Assembly (NCBI GenBank): GCA_004022145.1
Contig: RCNU01000001.1
Direction: 5' to 3' (one strand)
DNA length: 64,000 nt
Source: Paecilomyces variotii
Lineage: Eukaryota
A model generated the notes under the pieces. It searched no databases. It had not been told where the DNA came from and saw only the letters and a program-made list of their open reading frames with translations. How positions within the stretch are numbered: the first letter of the stretch is position 1; each line of letters opens with the position of its first letter. Shown here piece after piece: positions 63,418 to 64,000 of the stretch. Made by a program: the position numbers and the translations under genes.

Positions 63418-63790
63418 GGACGCATGTAATGGCTGGCATCACTTAATCTCGATAAAGCATTCTTCCGCAAACTCGCCGCTGCAAATGATCGATATGAAGC
63501 TTTCAGTGGCATTCGAGCGCATGGCAAAATGGGACACAGTAAAGGTGAAAGATGCATTCCATTTCCTGCAAAGGGGAAGAGATCCCATAACCGAGTCTGG
63601 GTTTACGCCCGAAAATCTGGTTTCTGAAGTGAGTCTTTTGATACTTGGAGGTTTGTCTACTCGTTATTTAGTTTACAACGTTCACTAAGCGTGAACGCTA
63701 ACTAACGCGGTTCCAAATCAGGAAACGACATCACCTCCACAGTGATTATTAGTATTCTCTTCACGGTCATTCGAATATATTCTCGAATGG
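63418..63790 (+). pseudogene. Cytochrome P450 fragment (G/H/I-helix region), degenerate
   Basis: KDAFHFLQRGRDPITESGFTPENLVSEVSLLILG, then after an intron GNDITST, resembling the ExxLLxxAGxDTT I-helix. There is an upstream frameshift and no intact N-terminus. Confidence 0.55.
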
Positions 63791-64000
63791 TAGATTGCCG
63801 GGAATGATGAAAATAGTCTGGCACGAAGTGAATTCCACCCGTTCAGTATCGGTCTGTGAAGTTGTGCGAGGAAAGGAATGGTATATCTGATGATTGGTCT
63901 CTAGCAGTTAATCTGAAAGGTTAATTATCTACAGAAACTAACTGCTATATCTAGCACTACATGGGTTCTTTTTGTCTATTCTACTTGACAGTAAGAAGGG

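Noticed and set aside
63803-63890. ATGATGA...CTGA as a box C/D snoRNA
   Set aside because: No terminal stem or recognisable rRNA-complementary guide, and it adjoins degenerate P450 sequence.

Overview
Eukaryotic, intron-containing DNA from a filamentous ascomycete. Gene content and splice signals suggest Eurotiales, but the species cannot be fixed from the sequence. The backbone is conserved housekeeping genes: a PhoD-like phosphatase, mitochondrial rhomboid, Tma17, Mob2, Leo1, Erb1, Rix7, Vps20, a PITH protein, DHX35, Cue5, Mzt1, a GNAT, Axl2, PP2C and Pct1. A small nitrogen-uptake trio sits near the left end (divergent Amt, Zn2Cys6 factor, amino-acid permease). Three visibly AT-richer accessory blocks interrupt the backbone. 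(1) About 11.8-20.2 kb holds a co-oriented four-gene module that only appears after manual splicing: two paralogous three-exon microproteins (58 and 77 aa), a seven-exon CorA-like two-TM protein lacking the GMN Mg2+ motif, and a fungal-type Ser/Thr kinase. This is the best candidate for an undescribed signalling, cell-death or non-self-recognition system. (2) About 42.8-47.7 kb holds a 105-bp duplication and a divergent pair of unknown genes, one with a PD-(D/E)xK-like motif. (3) About 60.6-63.8 kb holds a decayed secondary-metabolite-like segment: a UbiA-type pseudogene, an intact Pth11-like membrane protein and a P450 relic. All gene models were spliced by eye, and family calls come from recalled motifs rather than database searches.
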